Of a stretch of 64,000 nt of DNA, positions 14,278-28,100 are shown in pieces (the stretch's first letter is position 1; each line of letters opens with the position of its first letter). Location: positions 249,520-313,519 of the forward strand of contig RHPI01000818.1 of NCBI GenBank assembly GCA_009103225.1, read 5' to 3'. A program made the position numbers and the translations under genes. A model generated the notes under the pieces. It saw only the letters and a program-made list of their open reading frames with translations. It did no database searches and was not told where the DNA came from. This DNA comes from Chlorokybus atmophyticus (Eukaryota > Plantae > Mesostigma and Chlorokybus algae).

Positions 14278-15215
14278 TGTAATGCAGAATATGCCGTAGT
14301 AAGCTTCATGTTCTTCACCGGATGCAGTGAGCGCAAGCCCTGCTGGTCATAGAGCCAGGAGCAGTAGCCGTGACGGCCGTACCACGCCGGTGGCATCAAG
14401 CCCGCCCACCACGGAAGCAGACGCATCAATGTGAGTGTGTGTGCTGGTGCTAAGCGAGGCAATGAGGCGGGCGGGCGGGCACGCGGCAGTGACGCGGTGG
14501 CAGGCGATGCTGGAGTGATGGGGACGGTGACGTGTTAGGTGCGAGTGGTGATGGGGGTGGGGTGAGTTGTGAGGCGTGGTAGTGAGCAGCGCATTCCTAG
14601 AGGCACCCGGAACAGAGCCTTGTGGTCCGCACCGTGGCACATGCAAGTGTTGGGATGTCATGTACCCATACACAACAACCAAGGCACACGCAGCTGAGCA
14701 AATCAAGGATTCATTTCCAGCAGCTGACAGCCACTTGATGGATGTCAGCTACTTGCAACTGTTGTACGACTGTTATTGAACTGAGTAGCCAATTGTCTAC
14801 TGGACAATGTCTAGCTGCTGTACAACGCTAGAATTGTTATTGGCAAGCGGCACTACTCGCCTTGAGGAAAAAGCGTCTTTTCCTGTCTAAGTGGCAGTCT
14901 GATATGTACATAAAGGAGGGGCAGCAAAGAGGAGGCAGCCACACCTGTGCAACAGCACTTGTAAGATCAACGCATGCAAACTGCCACTCTCCAGCCATGC
15001 AACCTTATAACAGCCACATAGTCTCACCTTGGGGTGGAGGAAGTCAGCAACACATGCGGTTGTGGTTGGCAACACAATGCTTGCCGGCACACACGCGAAA
15101 GGTGCAACGATGCAAGCGCTCAGGACAAGCTGAGTTGCGTGTTGGCTGCACGTATAAATAACGATTGTTAGTGTTGTCATGTGCGTTCTGTAGGAAAGTA
15201 GGGCCTAGACAATCA

Positions 15216-18200
15216 TCACTCACAATCTCGGCCATCGGCTTTCATAGAGTTCTCTGGCGGCAACAGGTGTATCCTTTGAGCAGAAGACAAAAACATGCTG
15301 CACAAGAAAGGGCCTTTCAGCACATTGACGCACAATTTTGAAGCGTATTCAGGGCCAGCACGCACGCGTATGCAAACACACACACACACATAAAGCACGC
15401 ACCTCCATGGCGCAGGTCCGCCCTCAATCAACATCGTGTCCCCGTCTCTGTCCTCATACACCATATGCAAGCGGCCCTCCGAGTCCCGGTACTCGTTCTT
15501 GCCAAGCTTGAACAGCTGAGCCACTTCATCCTCCAGTTGAGTGTAAGATGTAATCCTCTTAAGATCCACCAACCTGCCCACGCCTGAGCCATTTTTGAAC
15601 ACCTGCAGCAAAGTTGCCACCCATTAACAACCATGTGTACACGTACTACATGCTCGAGTGTTGGAGGGAGAATAAATGACTTGCCTTGCAGAAGCCTTGT
15701 TCGTGCATCGTTGGAGCTGCTGTTGGTGTGCTGGGTGATGGCGCACGTGTGGGGTGCGGTACAGCATTGACCCCAACATTGTACGGCGAGTGCGGGTCCG
15801 CGAAGGCCACGCGCGTGGGCCAGACAGCTGAGCGCGGGTGCCCGATGCCCACGCCCATGCGCGCCAACTCGGGCCGCCACATACTTGAGGGCTGCTGCTG
15901 CTGCTGTGGCAAAGCTGGCGGCTCCAACTGCGCAGAAGCCAAGTCTGCACACAATACAACAACCCAACTATCAGCGCCACTACCTCACTTCACAACTCTT
16001 ACAGAAGGAGAAAACTCTTGCAGCTCAACAACAAGTACCTGCTGCTGCAAGGAGTGCGGAGCCCGCCGTTGTGATGCGGCTCGCGTGCGAGTTGTTGGCA
16101 TGTGGTTCATCGTTCACAGGAGCTCCCACTGCTTCACCGGCGGGCTTAAGCACAACACCAAACAGCTTAGATGGCGCGGGTGAGGGCGCAAACGCGGCGG
16201 GTCGCTTTGAGGGTGGTTGAGGAGGGGGTGGAGGTGCTTCGAAGGGTGAGGGGAGGAGTGGGAGCGTCCTTGGTGGAGCCTGCTTGTAGTCGTGGTAGCG
16301 AGGTGGGCTCGTGCTCGCGCTCGCGCGCGGCCCGTGGTGGTGGTGAGAGTGGGCCAAGTGAGGCTTGCCGTATTGGATGGCGGGGGTGTCGGCGGAGCCG
16401 ACAAAGTCCATCGCCTCCCAATGGCGCTTGCGCGTCATTAAAGGCGCGCTGTCGGCAATGAACGTCGAGTCCACCTGCTCGATGTCCCAAGGACTCACGC
16501 GAGGAAGCTGACCGGAGTGCTCGTAGTCACGCATGTCTGGATCATCCCAACGCACCTGCAATCAACATGTCAATGCCCACTCAATGCCCGGTCACATGTG
16601 GTTTCACACGTACGCGCGTGCACAAATCCATATGCACGCAAGCAAACAAAGCACACACTGTACCAACTCACCTGCAGACACCTCCAGAGTGAGTTGGCCC
16701 ATCGTGTTGGCCATGCGTCCGACACGCCCGCGATGGTGCCGGTGCACCAGTAGACTCCAAAGTCCTCACTCTTGCAAGCGATCTTGAACCTCTGTCCGAC
16801 GCTCCACTGCTGTTGGGCTGCGCCCGCCACACGGCTTCGCAGGAGGATGGGTCCCGCGCTTCCACCCGCCGTCGGGTGGTATTCTACCGTGAAGGTCTGA
16901 CCTGACGCCGCAGCCCTGGCGGCAGCCAACACGATCTCTAGAGGCTGACGGCTGCTGCTGGGGATGCCTGGACCACGTCTGGAGTTGGGACCCTTGCCGC
17001 CGCTGACGCTGTTGTTGGTGGTGGCGCTGTTGCCGTTGGCGGCAGGGGGCTTGGCGTCGTTGCCGTTGTTGTTGGCACGCATGTTGCGAAGCTCGTTTGC
17101 TGCTGTCTGTAACAAGAGACGAGTGCGGGTGAGCAACAGTGTGAGGTGTGCGCGCACCCACTTACCCACCCACCACACACACACACACACATACACATAC
17201 ACACACACAGAGAGACTGACCTCTGTCTCTGAAAGTGCGGGGTCTTTTGATTGGGTGCTGAGGCGTGCATGAGCCACGTGGCGGACATCCACCGTGCCCG
17301 GGGGCGAATGCGCGGTCTGGGAGTTTCTGTGTGAGCGCCGGATGCCTAGCCGGAGGCTACCATCACGCATGCGTACGAAGATAATGGCATCTCCCGCGAC
17401 GAGCTTCTTTGCTGTGGCGAACGCTCCCCACCCTGTCGTGAAGAGGTGTCGCTTGGGTGTGCCTCGGTAAATGTGTCGGAAGGGCCACTCCTCGTTGTGG
17501 ACGTCCCGCGCGGTGATTGCCTGCGCGGGCGGGTGCTCTGAGTAGTCCAGAGGCGGGAGACACGTGTCCGCGATGGTCCTCGGCACGCTGAACCCACCGC
17601 AGGTGCTCACGTCGCTCGGCGTGAGCACCTTTGCTATCGACACCAACGGAGGGTGGCCGCGTGCGTCCTCAATATCGTGAGACGGGTCAGCCCGTCCCGG
17701 TGAAGTGGTGGCATGCTCGCATGGCACCAATGTGATGCGCGCAAACACCTCGTCTGTTGCCGGATCAGCCTGTACGAACATCCACATCCACGTGAGCTCC
17801 CATACGTTGTATGATTGGGAAAACAATATGACCAAGCATGGTTTGGCTACTTACATACAAGCCCCTTGATTTCACTCTGCAAGGTATTGCGGATGGCAGA
17901 GGAGGCTCCTCGCTTCGGTCCTCAATGCAATATGGGTATCCGATGGCCTGCAACCGGCAGTCACAGGCTAAGACAGATAGGTGGAGCGCACCCTCAGAAC
18001 AGCAAGGTGTGATAACGGTGTGGTCACTGTTGTCGCTGTCACTGTCCATCAAAACGTGTAGCACGTTGACCACAGCAACAGTCAAAGGCAATAGCACATC
18101 AGAAACATTTGAAACATGACTCGCCATCAAGGGACTGTGTGTCTGTGCCCACAGCAGACAGTGGTTTAAGCAATGCTGTCGCGCACAATGCAAGTCGCGA

Positions 18201-18666
18201 TGGGTGTGGGACACACCTTACAAGCTTGCCGAAGCAAGCGTGCAAGGTGTGCACCGCACCCATCATCACCCATTAAAAAGCTCCGCAGCTTCCGATGAGT
18301 GCCAGACATTGACACGTGGCACCAAGTGCTACATGTCAGCTGCTGCTGGCAAGCACGCCATAGCTTGAAGTGAAATCAAAAAACTCTTTATGTGCCAAGA
18401 GGCTGCTCTACTTGTTAGTAAAATCAGCCGCCAACCTGTTCCTCGTGCGCCTGCGGAAAGTAGAAGACATCCGCTCCGACGTCCGGGACATGGACGAGGG
18501 GTCCGGCGAGTGCATGCCACACGTCCGCCTCCATGGAAACCTCCTTCACGGGGGAGGCTTCCTCGCCACCACTGCGCCCATTGCCCCCGCCGCCGCCGCC
18601 GCCCCCGCCCGCCCGCCCGCCGCTTCCCGCAGCAGCCTCGTCCTCAGTCGTCACCTTGGCCGCCAT
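15216..18666 (-). CDS. ARF: Auxin response factor (DD-B3-AD DNA-binding domain, LFG repression motif, PB1), about 788 aa
   Basis: Exons 18666-18436, 17947-17855, 17769-17221, 17106-16672, 16555-16039, 15944-15685, 15602-15403 and 15297-15216 total 2367 nt with consistent phases. Motifs: VWHALAGPLVHVP, ADPATDEVFARITL, KVLTPSDVSTCGGFSVPR, RHIYRGTPKRHLFTTGW, RVSPWDIE, KLFGV, PB1 FCKVFKNG...YEDRDGD...PW. Confidence 0.93.
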
Positions 18667-20175
18667 GGCGGCCGGACCCACTGCCTCCAATACGGCGGCG
18701 GGCGGGCACAGCTTCGCCGCTCCCAAACTCTAGCCCGACCAGGGCACACCAAATCCTCTCCTTGCCAGCCACCTCGCCCCGCCCCGCCACGCCAACCCCG
18801 CCGCCAACGCCGCCGCCGCCGCCTCAGCCCTGAGCTCAACAAGCCAGGATTATTCAATGTTCCGGACAGCCCAAGAACCGACAGCAGCAACCCCAAACCG
18901 AGACAGGCGCCGTCAACGCGCGGGGTAATTCGCCGGACTAGCCGGAACTATGTTCGCCTCTAACCGGGGTTTAAGCCGATCCGTACGGTACCGGCGCTTG
19001 TTTCCGTGGGCGAAGGGACCCGTGTTATGATGCCAGCGGTTTGGCTAACCGCGGTCGGGGGGGGGGCAACCCGACCGGGGTTTTTTGACAACATATCACC
19101 CCGACGGCGTTGCAGGAGGCGACAGGCGCTTGGCCGGTTGCATTCTCCCGGAAGCTTCGCCGATTCAGTGAAGATGACCCTGCGTGCGCCTGGACCGAGC
19201 CTTCTTGTGTCGGCGGGCCGGGGCATAAGTAGTTGTTCCACTCACCGACCAGTTCCCTGCGGGCCGGTAACGGCTGCTAGGTCTTCGAGACTCCCCATGT
19301 AATGATACCAACCATTGTAGGTGCATGACGCCATAATAATAGGCCGGCCACGTCCGGTACAACCCCTCCCTTCCGCAATGGCCTGGTACGACGGCGCTCA
19401 GTCAGTTGCGCAACCATGAAATGCCAAATGATGAAAGTTACCTCCCACTGCTCCAATGGCAAGCCGTTGCAACCACGGTTGCCCGTTTGTCTGATGTACA
19501 ACTTTGGCTCGTATGACTCGGTCAGCAGGATGAACTATTTGCCCTCCGTTGCGGCGGGCAAGTTGTCAACTTCCTGCTGGGAAATTATTAGTGGTAACCC
19601 TTGGTGGAGGCGAGGGGATAGCAGCCTGACCGAGTTGCGGCTTGACCGAGCAGCTCCCTCATTGGACGGCAGTGACGTCGCAACAAGGCAAGGACTGACG
19701 TGTTGTCATCATTATGGTCGTTGACAAGACCCGCTAGTCTGGGAAAATGCACTATCGAAATCATGACCAGTGGCCTTGATTTGGCGCCGCAGAGTGAGCT
19801 GCGCGAAGGTGCTGCGAAGTCTGATGGCCACACAGCGAATCAGGTTGCTGTATGACGCAGTGATAGGCCTCGTCATCGACAGGAAGTCCCCGGCATCACG
19901 TTTTGTGTCGGCACACCCGTCATGTCCCGCCTGCGCCCTAGCTGGCAGCGAGACTGCCAACAAGCACAATGTGATTGCAACTGGCACGACTCCCCGTACC
20001 GCATGCGACACATGCATCCGCATTGCGGCACGTTACTGTTGTTTACTGCGCCGACATCGGTGTATGTGGCACCCCTGGTCGGGACATAAGCATATATCGA
20101 CGTCGGTGCATGTTAACATGTGCACATGCACTGTGTTGGAAGGCGGTGACGTGGCTAGTCTGGGCGACTAGGAGC

Positions 20176-21126
20176 ATGGCGGCGGCGGCGGCGGTGTTGT
20201 CGTTGCCGTCATGCGCTTTGCTACCAGTGGCAATAGGGAGGAAGCCCGTCGGAGCTAAGCGGCGAGGGACGTCTGATCTTCTGGCTAGGTTGCCTGTGGC
20301 GTCCCGGTCTGGCGTGGCCTGGCGGGCGGCACCAGGCCGGACCAACAACAGGAGGGTGTCGACTGTGTGCGGATTGCCCGTGCCGATCATAGGACCCTTT
20401 TTCAACCCTTTTACTGCATTCTTGCTGTACTCAGTTGGAGGTGCGCTAGCCCCAAAATTGAGTTCAGCAGTTGCAGCACGCATGCAGGGTCATGAATGCT
20501 AGGGTTAACCGTCTCATTGACTATGAGTCATGGTCTGTGAGAGCTTTTCAAGCAAGCAGTTCATGCTGCGCATATGTAGCATTGCTTCGCAACGACTATA
20601 AGTTTCTGTCATATCATGGCTGATGCATCATGAATTATAATCATTGTGGGTGATTACCGAAGCGGACAGTGCATCATGTTGGCATCGGCAGTCCCATTGC
20701 TTCAACCCCAGTCAGTGGTGTTTGCTGCGTCAGTTAAACAAAGCGACCTCAGTATCACCCTGTAGTAGTACACAACACGCATTGTTCATTGCAGAGTTGC
20801 CTTTGAACTTGCAATGTTCCCCTCCAGTATTGAGGGCGGGCAAATTGTATTTTGGAATCCTTGTTTGCAAAGCTGACACCAGCAGTGTTCGGTCAATTGT
20901 GCAGTTGTCCGCTTCTTGGGTGGTTTTGAGAAGACGTCCTTCTCCGGCTCAACGCAAAACAAGTTGGGTCTCGCTGCTGCCTGGCCAGGTATTAGTTTGC
21001 ACAATAAGGTGCTCTCCATCAATGCATCTCAGCGTGCCTGCTTATGTGGTGTGCGTTCTTGCAGTTCTGTTTGCAGTGTCACCATCGTTTCGTGCAAATT
21101 TCAAGAAGGCCATATTAAGGACATAG
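20176..21126 (+). CDS. Small plastid-targeted membrane protein resembling a conserved cyanobacterial hypothetical protein, 136 aa
   Basis: Exons 20176-20440, 20905-20988 and 21065-21126 have GT-AG ends and matching phase 1. An Ala/Ser/Arg-rich transit-like N-terminus is followed by GLPVPIIGPFFNPFTAFLLYSVGVVRFLGGFEKTSFSGSTQNKLGLAAAWPVLFAVSPSFRANFKKAILRT*. Confidence 0.7.
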
Positions 21127-21713
21127 TCCCAATGGGCTTGGGATGCAATGACTTTTCCTGTGCATAACGATAGGTGTACAGCTATTGGGTTGCCCATCCG
21201 CTGTAGTTAACAGCTGTACCATGTTGTAACTTTGTGTACAGGCGTAGTGCATTGGTATGCTCCGTGTGTTGTACCAATTGCTGTGTGGTATGATAACTCC
21301 TGAGGATTGCTTGCACGGACAACTCCCTCATGCTGTCATGCATCACATGTGCGCCAACAGGCTTGAGAGGCGGCTGCGCAAAATGACAGTAGGTTCGTCA
21401 TGGTCAATCATGGCATCAATGGTGCACTGCTCTGACCTTGAGGCTTACTGAAGCGTGAGTTGGCAGGCCTTGAGACTGCACTCTGACAACTATGTCCACA
21501 TGCAAGCTCAGAGCCTGAATATGCCAGCATACACGATAGTACTGAGCACCTGTGTACTTTACAAGCACCTGTTGATGCAACTGGATACCAGTTGCATCAA
21601 CAGGTGCAACTTGACACCTGTTCATGCAACTAGACATTGTAAGAACAAGCAGAGTTGTTCTTACAATGTGAGCGAACAAACTAAGAACAGAAGGATAACA
21701 TATTAATCTAAAC

Positions 21714-24083
21714 TTATGCCATTGTTTGGACCACACTCCCACCATCCAGCATGCTGGCACTGGTATGTGTTCCCACGCAAGGAAAGTAGTATCGGCGCAC
21801 TCTGTTGCGCGCGCCGTCATCTATCATGGCCAAACCATCCTGCTTGACACAGTGATTGGTACCTTATTTGTCAGCTTGTATGCTCCAATTAGACGATGCC
21901 AAACCGCAACAAGTAGTAACTCACCTTCATCAGGTAGCTCAGGGCATCCTTGATACGCCCACTACTCCACCCGAGGGCTTGCTGCAACTCCGCCTCCGTG
22001 ACATAACCAACTCCCTGCACAGGTGCAGATAAAAATCACCCAAGCAGTCAATACCTGCCAGGGCAGGTTGCAGTAGCACACACAACAGGGCAATGTCTAC
22101 GGTACCTGCGCGCGCTCTATGACAGTGTTGTGGTCTTTGTTCAGCTCTGTGGGCACTGATCGCACCAACTTGCGCTGCCCAACCGTCAACAACTCAAAGC
22201 CACCTCCCAATGCCTGCCGCAGAGGTAAACGTCACACATAAACACAAGACATAATAAAGGCTGATTACGCGTGTGTGTGCCAAACTACATGCTGCGAGGC
22301 GCGTTTCTAGATGCATTTGTAGCTATGAACAAAATGCTTGTCTCTGTGTGTGCGATATGGCAGTCAAGTACACCACGACTCCCAAGCAAAGAAAACAGCC
22401 AAGTATGCACATGTAGCACGAGTCGTACATCCATACAGCATGACTTTGGTTCTGCAACATGCAAGTATGCGAATAACAGCAATGCAGACTGCCACGCTGC
22501 TGGCCAGATGTTTCCTGATAATCATGCAATCATGTTGCAGCTGCTTGCTGACAACAACGGACCTTCAACTTGCCAATGGCTCGTACAACATCGTCTTCCG
22601 ACACTTCCCCTCCCCTGGCTCCCCTCTTTGTTACCACCGCCGTGTGCAGATCGCGCAGGTCCATCAGGCCGCCATTAATGGAACGTGATGCAAGACAGGC
22701 TTCCAGTATCTGCACACCTACGCCATCGCCATATCAATCTCGTACTTGATAAGCCAAAAGATAAGAGCATTGCCAATCAACAAAAAGTGGGTAAGGACGG
22801 GGTTGTCCAGTCTCTCACTTGGTTACAACAGATCACATTCTCTCAAGTGCAACAGCATTGCATGTGCTTTGCACCATAACATGTGCTGGCAGAACAGCAA
22901 CAGAACCATGCTACGTGCATGACAAGCAAGACATCTGCAATTTCCAAGCAACAACTGCAATACAGTATGGGTGTGCGTACATGAAGACGAAGCGTGCACA
23001 GCAACATTGATCGGCACGGGTTCACCAACGGTAAGTGAGTTCACCAACAGTATTTGGCTTCACCAACGAGTTGAGTTTAATGTTGAGGGGACAATCCACG
23101 CTTACCGAGTTCATAGTAGAAGTCGCCTATGGAAAGCAGCTGAGCCCAGACACCCTTGTTTGAGGCCAGCGGATCAACACCCACTCGCGCGCACATCTCA
23201 TGAAACTGCGCCCTGAATGCTGGCTGACGCCTGATCTCAGCCTGCATCATTGCAGATATCACGCCATGGTGATCAGTTGCATAACTCAACATTGATTCAA
23301 CACATTCATGCAAGCACGTAATACTCCTAAGAAATGATAAGATTCAGTGCATGAAGGGGACTTGCTCTCAAGTACCTTGTATTTGTGCGCAAAGTTCTCC
23401 AGTGACGTCTTGAAGGTGGCCAACTGCTCGGCCAGCTCCGCCAAGCGCACGCGCGCAACATTCTCCCCTAGAGTGCGGTATTGCTCCTGCCGTTAGCAAC
23501 ACAACACTCTTTGACTGTGCCAACAGGAAGCTGGCACTTGACTGCAGCAGCGTTGCACCTTTTACTAATTTTGATACTGGTTAAACTGTTTCATTACCGA
23601 ACGCGACGTTGTTGACAAAGGCTCACCATGCCCTGAGTAACCGTGCGCGTAGCTGTGTGAATTGGTCAAACAAGCATTGTGCAAGTGTTTGCTAGCACGT
23701 GAAGGCACTGACACCACATGCATGCAGCTGGTGTGGCAGCCGCGGCACATGTGTGAGTCATTTCAGCCACTTCAAATAACGGATAAGAACGGATTGGCTC
23801 AGCGTACAAAGTAACCAAACAATCACGAACACAAACAGATAGCATATGACCATGCATGCTTGTCACTGGCAACTTGACAGGACATGGTTTCAAGTAATTA
23901 AGTACTCAGTTTTTTTGCGTTGCCCAAAGCGCTTGCTCAAAGCACATGACTAAGAGCGCAGAATGGTCAATGACACGAATGTTGTCTTCACCGCTGAGCC
24001 TATGCCTTACACAGGGAGGCAGAGTGCCTTACCTTGGCCGCATTCGCGTGCTGCAGGCCGGCCACACCAGGCCGGCGCCGCAT
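21714..24083 (-). CDS. VPS22: ESCRT-II subunit VPS22/SNF8
   Basis: Exons encode [27 protein letters not shown]...[46 protein letters not shown]...[15 protein letters not shown]...[25 protein letters not shown] and DGLAMIDDG. Confidence 0.93.
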
Positions 24084-25175
24084 GTCTGGTCGACTTAGCT
24101 CGCAACCTCCTTCCCAATCTTTCAGGTGTTACACGGTTTCAAACAAACTCCAGCATGCATCAAAGCGCTTGCCACTCCAAGCCCAGGCCCTGCTTGTCGC
24201 AAACAAAGCTGAACAAGCATGGCCCAGGCCGAGCTTGACTTCAGCCTCGACAAGAACTCAACAGCGGTTACCCGACAGGAGCGTCACCAACTCGATGCTC
24301 GCCACAGACAGACCGATTGGGCACAGCGCCGCTGAACCCGCCGTAGCCTGGTCCGGCCCAGCCTGTTCGCTTGTGGCAATTAGCCGGGGTTCTGGCTTCT
24401 GACTAACAAATGGCTTTTGCACGTAGTGTTTAGCCAAACAGTTACAACAAGCATCGGCATTTGACACTACGCTAACTTCGGCTTCCTCTTAGACCGACGC
24501 TTTGGCTTCTACCAGTGCAATGCACTCCTGGTCTGGCCTGGCCTGGCGGCGGATGCTTTCCGGCGCCAAGTGACAGTTGAGCAGCTAATAGCTGCATTGC
24601 TCGATAATTACCAATTTCTAAGGACGGTCAGCTGCGGGAGCGGCTTGTGGCGAGCCGCTGCATGAGCAGCAGTGCGCAGCAGTAACAACCACAAGTGGGC
24701 AGCATGTAAGCTGCATGGAACTCAGTTGCTGATGTGCAAATGTCGCAGCATCGGATGTGTTCAATATGTGATCGAGCAGCTGCATGAGGCGAAGTAGAAT
24801 GTGCTGCTGTTGATGCACGTTTGTATGGCGAAACATGTAGTCAGGCAGGTACAGGTTTAAGCCTTAATTTTGCTTGATGGTCAGCACTGTGGCTATGGTC
24901 AGCACTGTGGCTAAAACTGTGTAAATGTACTCTTGCGCCAAGGTTGTTTGAGCTCAAGACGCCACATTGCAGCAGACGTATTCAGGACGAGAAGCAAACA
25001 AATCAGCTTGCTGGTGACATCGTCAACTTGCTGAAAGCCATGATGCTTACACAAGGCAATCAAGTGCTACACCGGGCAACAACCGATGCTCCTGCCAGTG
25101 ATTAGTAGCTTCAGTGCTATGGCCATGTGCTAATCCTTGGCCTTGAGTCTCCTCTGCCCTGGGTTCATCTGTCCC

Positions 25176-28100
25176 ATGTTGGGTATACCTCCCTATGCGG
25201 GTGGGCCGCTGGTCTCTGCGCCTGGGCCTGCAGTGAGCGTTGTGCCGGAGGACAGAAGGGCGCCAGCAGACGACAAGGCATGCCAGACTGCTCCTGTGCA
25301 GAAAGGCGGCCAGAAGGCGTGCCAGACTGGGGAAGGACGTCAGGAGGGGGAGGTGAGTTGGTCCTTGCCGCGTAGCGTGTGTACGTGGGCTTGGGTGTGT
25401 GGTGTAATGAAAGCGCAAATGCCCGCTGCACACTCAACCTTGCTGCATGTGCGCGTTCGCGTAGGTGTGTTGAATAGTGTGCGTCGGCATCCACGCATGT
25501 ACACGCCTGCGCGTGTGCGTGATTGATTGTGCGTGTTTATGAATGGTCGTGTGAGTGTAGTGTAGTTTGCGCAGGTACGTGTGTAGTGTGGTGGGCAAGG
25601 GCTCCTGCATGTGTGTTTTGCAGCAGCATCATACACAAGCGCGCATGCATTCATCTCATGCACGCGCACACCTGTGTGCGTGAGCAAATGCTTGAGATGG
25701 TGCACATGTTTATGTACATGCACGTTAGTGTGGTTTGCGCATACGTGTGTGTAGTGCGAAGCGTAAGCGCTCATGCGTACATGTATTGCAATATGATCAT
25801 AGATAAGTATGCACTTGTGCATGTGCGTTGACACCTATGTGTATTGTGGAGGTACTACTGTGTGCGCGTGCAGTGTGATGCGTTTGCAGTGCTGTATGTA
25901 TGGGAAGCAGCATTGGGTCAATACACTTCTTCTCACTCTCGAGCACTGTTACAGGCTCAAACAGATGTGGCGCTGTCGTTGACACGTTCCCTGCTGTCAA
26001 ACGAAAGACAAACAAACAGCAATGATGAACTATCGTTGGCAAGATTCCTCCTGCGTGTTGAGCATGTAGTATCGGAAGCGCTCCAAGAAAACGACTCAGC
26101 TTGGAGCGAAGAACAAGGTGGGGAAAAGTTGCTGTGAACTCATTGCAGACGCTTGTGCATTGAGCGGACCAATATTCTGTCGAGAGTTGGGTCACACACT
26201 TCAAGTATAAACTGCATTGCGTGCATGCTGGTTGCTCATGGCAATTGGTGATTGCAGAGTTGTCCAGGCTGCGCAACGATACAGCTGGCCCGGCTGTTGC
26301 CTCATTGGCGCACGCACTTGACCCCTTTGCTGCTGCTGTCGACAATGAGGGCAGAAATGGCGCCCATGAGCACACTGGTCTTGAAGTTACTGGACTCAGC
26401 TGGAATGCCTCAGGATACGTCATCGCTGCTGCGTACGTGTAGTTTTACACCATGATACTGACAGTGGCAGAGTGTCAGACGCACAGTAGACAGAATTACA
26501 TGTGTGGGTGTAATGGGAAGCATGCGCAGGTATGGAAGCCATGAAGAGAGGGGCTGGGGTTCGCACTCAGGCGCCCTGTGTACTTGGAACCTTGGGCGCA
26601 AAAACATGCAAGCCAACCAACCTGACCGCATCATCCATACCAGTGTATGACTCTGAGTTCCTTTGATGTTCGCAAGCAGATGGCTTGTTGCCAAGCTGAT
26701 CAGGTCTTGTCCAGGCAACTAAACGCTTGCATTGCCGCAGAACTCGTTGACGTGCTGCGCTTTCCACCCGACCCATCCCGCCCTCATAGCCGGTGGCACA
26801 TTTTTGGGTTAGAGGCAACTTTCGTAGTTGGGGTAAAGCCCAACACACCACTCACCGCATGTTACTCAGGTGAAGTTTATGTATGGGATTTGAGCAGAGG
26901 AAGTGACGAGGACCCGCAGCGAGGGGCTTCGCGTGCGGGACTGCTATCCCATACGGCTCCCATCACACAGGTAGCAGCTGCAATGTTTCATACGCAAGAG
27001 TTTGCTAAAAGAGCTGACACTACTACTGTACTCCCGTTCAGATTGTTTGGAGGTATGATGGTGTTGCAGCAACTGCGCATATTGAATCTGAGCTGGGTTA
27101 CCGGGTAAGTAACAGTGCAATGCCTTGGCGGTTGTTTTATATAATGTCTTTGCTGCACTGCATGCAAGGCTGTTCCGCTAATCATGCCTGTGAAGGTGTT
27201 GACGCTGAGCACTGATGGCCGCCTGCTTGTTTGGGACTGGACTAAGCTTGATGCCCCAATATACGGGTAGGTTAAAATGTTATCAGAAGCAATGCAGCGT
27301 GTTGAGTTCATTCCTCATCTCCGTCACGTGCACAACATACTGCATGATTTTGCAGGTATGAGCTGTCATATCCTAGGCCTGACTCTGAATTGCCCATATC
27401 TTGGGGAGGTGAGTAGCACGATCACCCTTTTCTGTGGCGTGGGTGTGTGATACATGTGTACTGAATGCAACTTCACAACTATGATGGCGCATGATCCCAA
27501 CAGGCACGTGTATGTCATTCGCTAGCGAGGCGGAAGGTGCCTGCGCAGTCGGCACCGCTGCTGGCATGGTGCTGAACTGTCTGCTTCCATCTACATCATA
27601 CACACAAGCACATGAAGGTACTGGACTCCTTTCCCTTGCCCCTGTCTCCCTCCCCATCCCGCACATCACGGAAGAAGTTACCGCAAGCTATTGCTGCTGA
27701 ACCACTTGGTGTTCTCATGAAGGGCCTCACAAGTACCCTAGTGCGGTGCGTTCGCGGCGCGCACTCTCCTCCTCTCCAATAACTTCGGTGTCTTACTCCC
27801 CACACGTCCGGAACGCGCTCCTTTCAACAGCTCTCGACGGGCTTGCAACGCTCTCATGTCAAGTGAGAATTCAAGTGTTCTATCGACAGCCACAAGCATA
27901 TAGTACCTCGCGCATGAGTCCTGACGGTTGTGTGAACCGATGTGCAGGGTGAAGAGGTGTTGGCTCTGAGCCCGTGCGAAGGCGAGAGCGAGTTGTTTGC
28001 TGTTGAATGGAGCCCCGCACGCCCGTTGGTTTTTGCTGCTGCTGGGGGTGATGGGCGACTGTACTTTTATGATTTGCAGGTAGTGTGTCTCAATGGAGTG

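Noticed and set aside
16355-16390. Possible precursor of the miR160 site (PAIQYGKPH versus land-plant AGIQGARH) in ARF
   Set aside because: Nucleotide match to the miR160 target is poor and the peptide similarity is within chance.
18870-19220. TGTCGG elements upstream of ARF suggesting autoregulation, and a GC hairpin at 19052-19077
   Set aside because: Isolated hexamers and an 8-bp stem are expected by chance in GC-rich DNA, and there is no paired AuxRE spacing.
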